DNA of 64,000 nt from Flaccisagitta enflata (taxonomy: Eukaryota), in the NCBI GenBank assembly GCA_965153355.1, contig OZ231126.1, positions 22,258,001 to 22,322,000 of the forward strand, written 5' to 3'. This document shows positions 62,596 to 64,000 of this stretch, in pieces (the stretch's first letter is position 1; the number at the start of each line of letters is the position of its first letter). The position numbers and the translations under genes are program-made. Under the pieces are notes generated by a model. That model did not search any database and was not told the origin of the DNA. It saw only the letters and a list, made by a program, of their open reading frames with translations.

Positions 62596-62741
62596 TACCG
62601 CCCCTGCCCAACCGTCCGCGACTGTCCTGCCGTGTATCCGGCCTTGTTTTTATAAGAGACCAATTTGTAAGAGACATGAGCCTGAGATTTTCCAAAATCT
62701 TAAGAAAAAAATAAGAAAATGCCCAGGCTGAGATTCAGTTA

Positions 62742-63360
62742 TGACGGCTTCCCTCCGAAGGCAACATTTGTGTTTCAAAGAAGGTCAAAATAGAAAGAAA
62801 TGTATAAATCAAAATATAAAAATAAATGAATAAAAGTGATTGAGATAGCTCAGACATGATATTTGAAAGAAAAAATTGCATTTACTTAGCAAGAGGACCA
62901 AGTTTAGCCAATGTTACTAAAAAGAATTGTTTTGAAAATTTATACTTAATATATTTTTGGTCACTGACAAGGGGCTGGTCGAAATTATAAATTTGCATAG
63001 GAAATGAAAAAAAGAAAAAAAAAAGAACATAGTTCTCTTCCCAAATCGATTACAGAGAGAACTATGTTTTTTAAAATGCAAAATTTCCGTGTTTGTCTTT
63101 TTTAGAATTTCGACCTCAGAAAAGGAAAAAAAAGTGTAAGCAGAAATTCACTAAAATTCATCATTTTCATGCTTATTTTCATCTGAAACGCACAGTTCAA
63201 ATTACATTTTAAGTCAGAACGAGAATATGATAAAAATGTATGCACCAAGTGTCCTTAAAAACAATTTGTCCACTTAAAGCATTCCTGCTTCATCATTGTC
63301 CTGATAGTAATGCAAAAAGTATGGTGAAACACTTAATTTTTCTCCATAAATTTTCGGTCT
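62742..63360. mobile_element. Diverged copy of the MITE at 44808-45413
   Basis: Colinear similarity: TA-tgacgg.. start, cactga..tttgcat..gaaa, internal aagaacatag palindrome, ggtgaaacact near the end. Confidence 0.7.
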
Positions 63361-64000
63361 TATGGCCATTTTCTAGAAATATTTGCTTTAGTTTTTCACC
63401 ATAAAATTAACTAAATAGCAGACTGGGCCGTAGGGCCCTTATGAAGGCAGATCGGCTACCAACAGCAGGGACTGGCTTCATTCATCATAACAACAAGATT
63501 TGCCAAGTTTCATAACCATATGATCGATTTTACTCATGGCCGCCACCCCCCCTAAAATCCCAGCATGAGGGTTGTTGTGGCAAAAATTCCAACTTTGGGT
63601 CACTTTTGCCTCAAAATTAGGCCCCTTTGAATCTAAATTTTGACCTAAAATCCATGAGATTATAAAACTAGAGCTCAAGAGCTAACTAGTGGTGCAATCC
63701 GCATGTTTTTATCTTAATTTGTTGAGATTTGAGAGCATTTCAAAGATGAAAGGGTATGAGGGTCAAATTGCAGCTTATTTTTGATCGATTTTGCCCTCAA
63801 TTTTTTTTATTGACTGTAGACGCAGGAGTAAAAAAGTCGATTTTCTTGAAAATTGAGCAATTTTGGACAAAAAATTAGACCACTTCCATTTTTTAAAAAG
63901 ACTTAAAATCCATGAGTAAAATAAAGAGCTGCTCAAGAGCTAACTAGTGATGCAATCGGCATGTCAATATGTATTTGCATTTAGATTTTACAGAACTTCA

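Overview
Repeat-rich animal genomic DNA, not prokaryotic. The only host coding sequence I can support is a terminal homeobox exon on the + strand (13836-14077). Its homeodomain mixes median-class residues (Q6, T7, LTRRRR 26-31, E59) with posterior/Post1-class residues (K3, A14, R18, Y20, V21, Q36, E56). This is the signature of the MedPost Hox gene of chaetognaths and rotifers; the repeat load favours a chaetognath (inference). No other homeobox is visible in the window. The rest is long microsatellites, several minisatellites, a decayed RLE-type non-LTR retrotransposon, and dozens of non-autonomous DNA elements. These include short Helentron-associated (HINE/DINE-like) elements and a modular 'pearl'-like family with shared termini, interchangeable internal tandem arrays and covarying 3' hairpins. 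There are also TIR elements with readable target-site duplications (two hAT-like, one Chapaev-like, several TA-duplicating MITEs), often nested 3-4 layers deep. A few unique islands carry clustered Hox/Pbx/Meis-type motifs and are candidate cis-regulatory elements. Nearly all ORFs in the supplied track are repeat artefacts. All family assignments are by eye; no searches were run.
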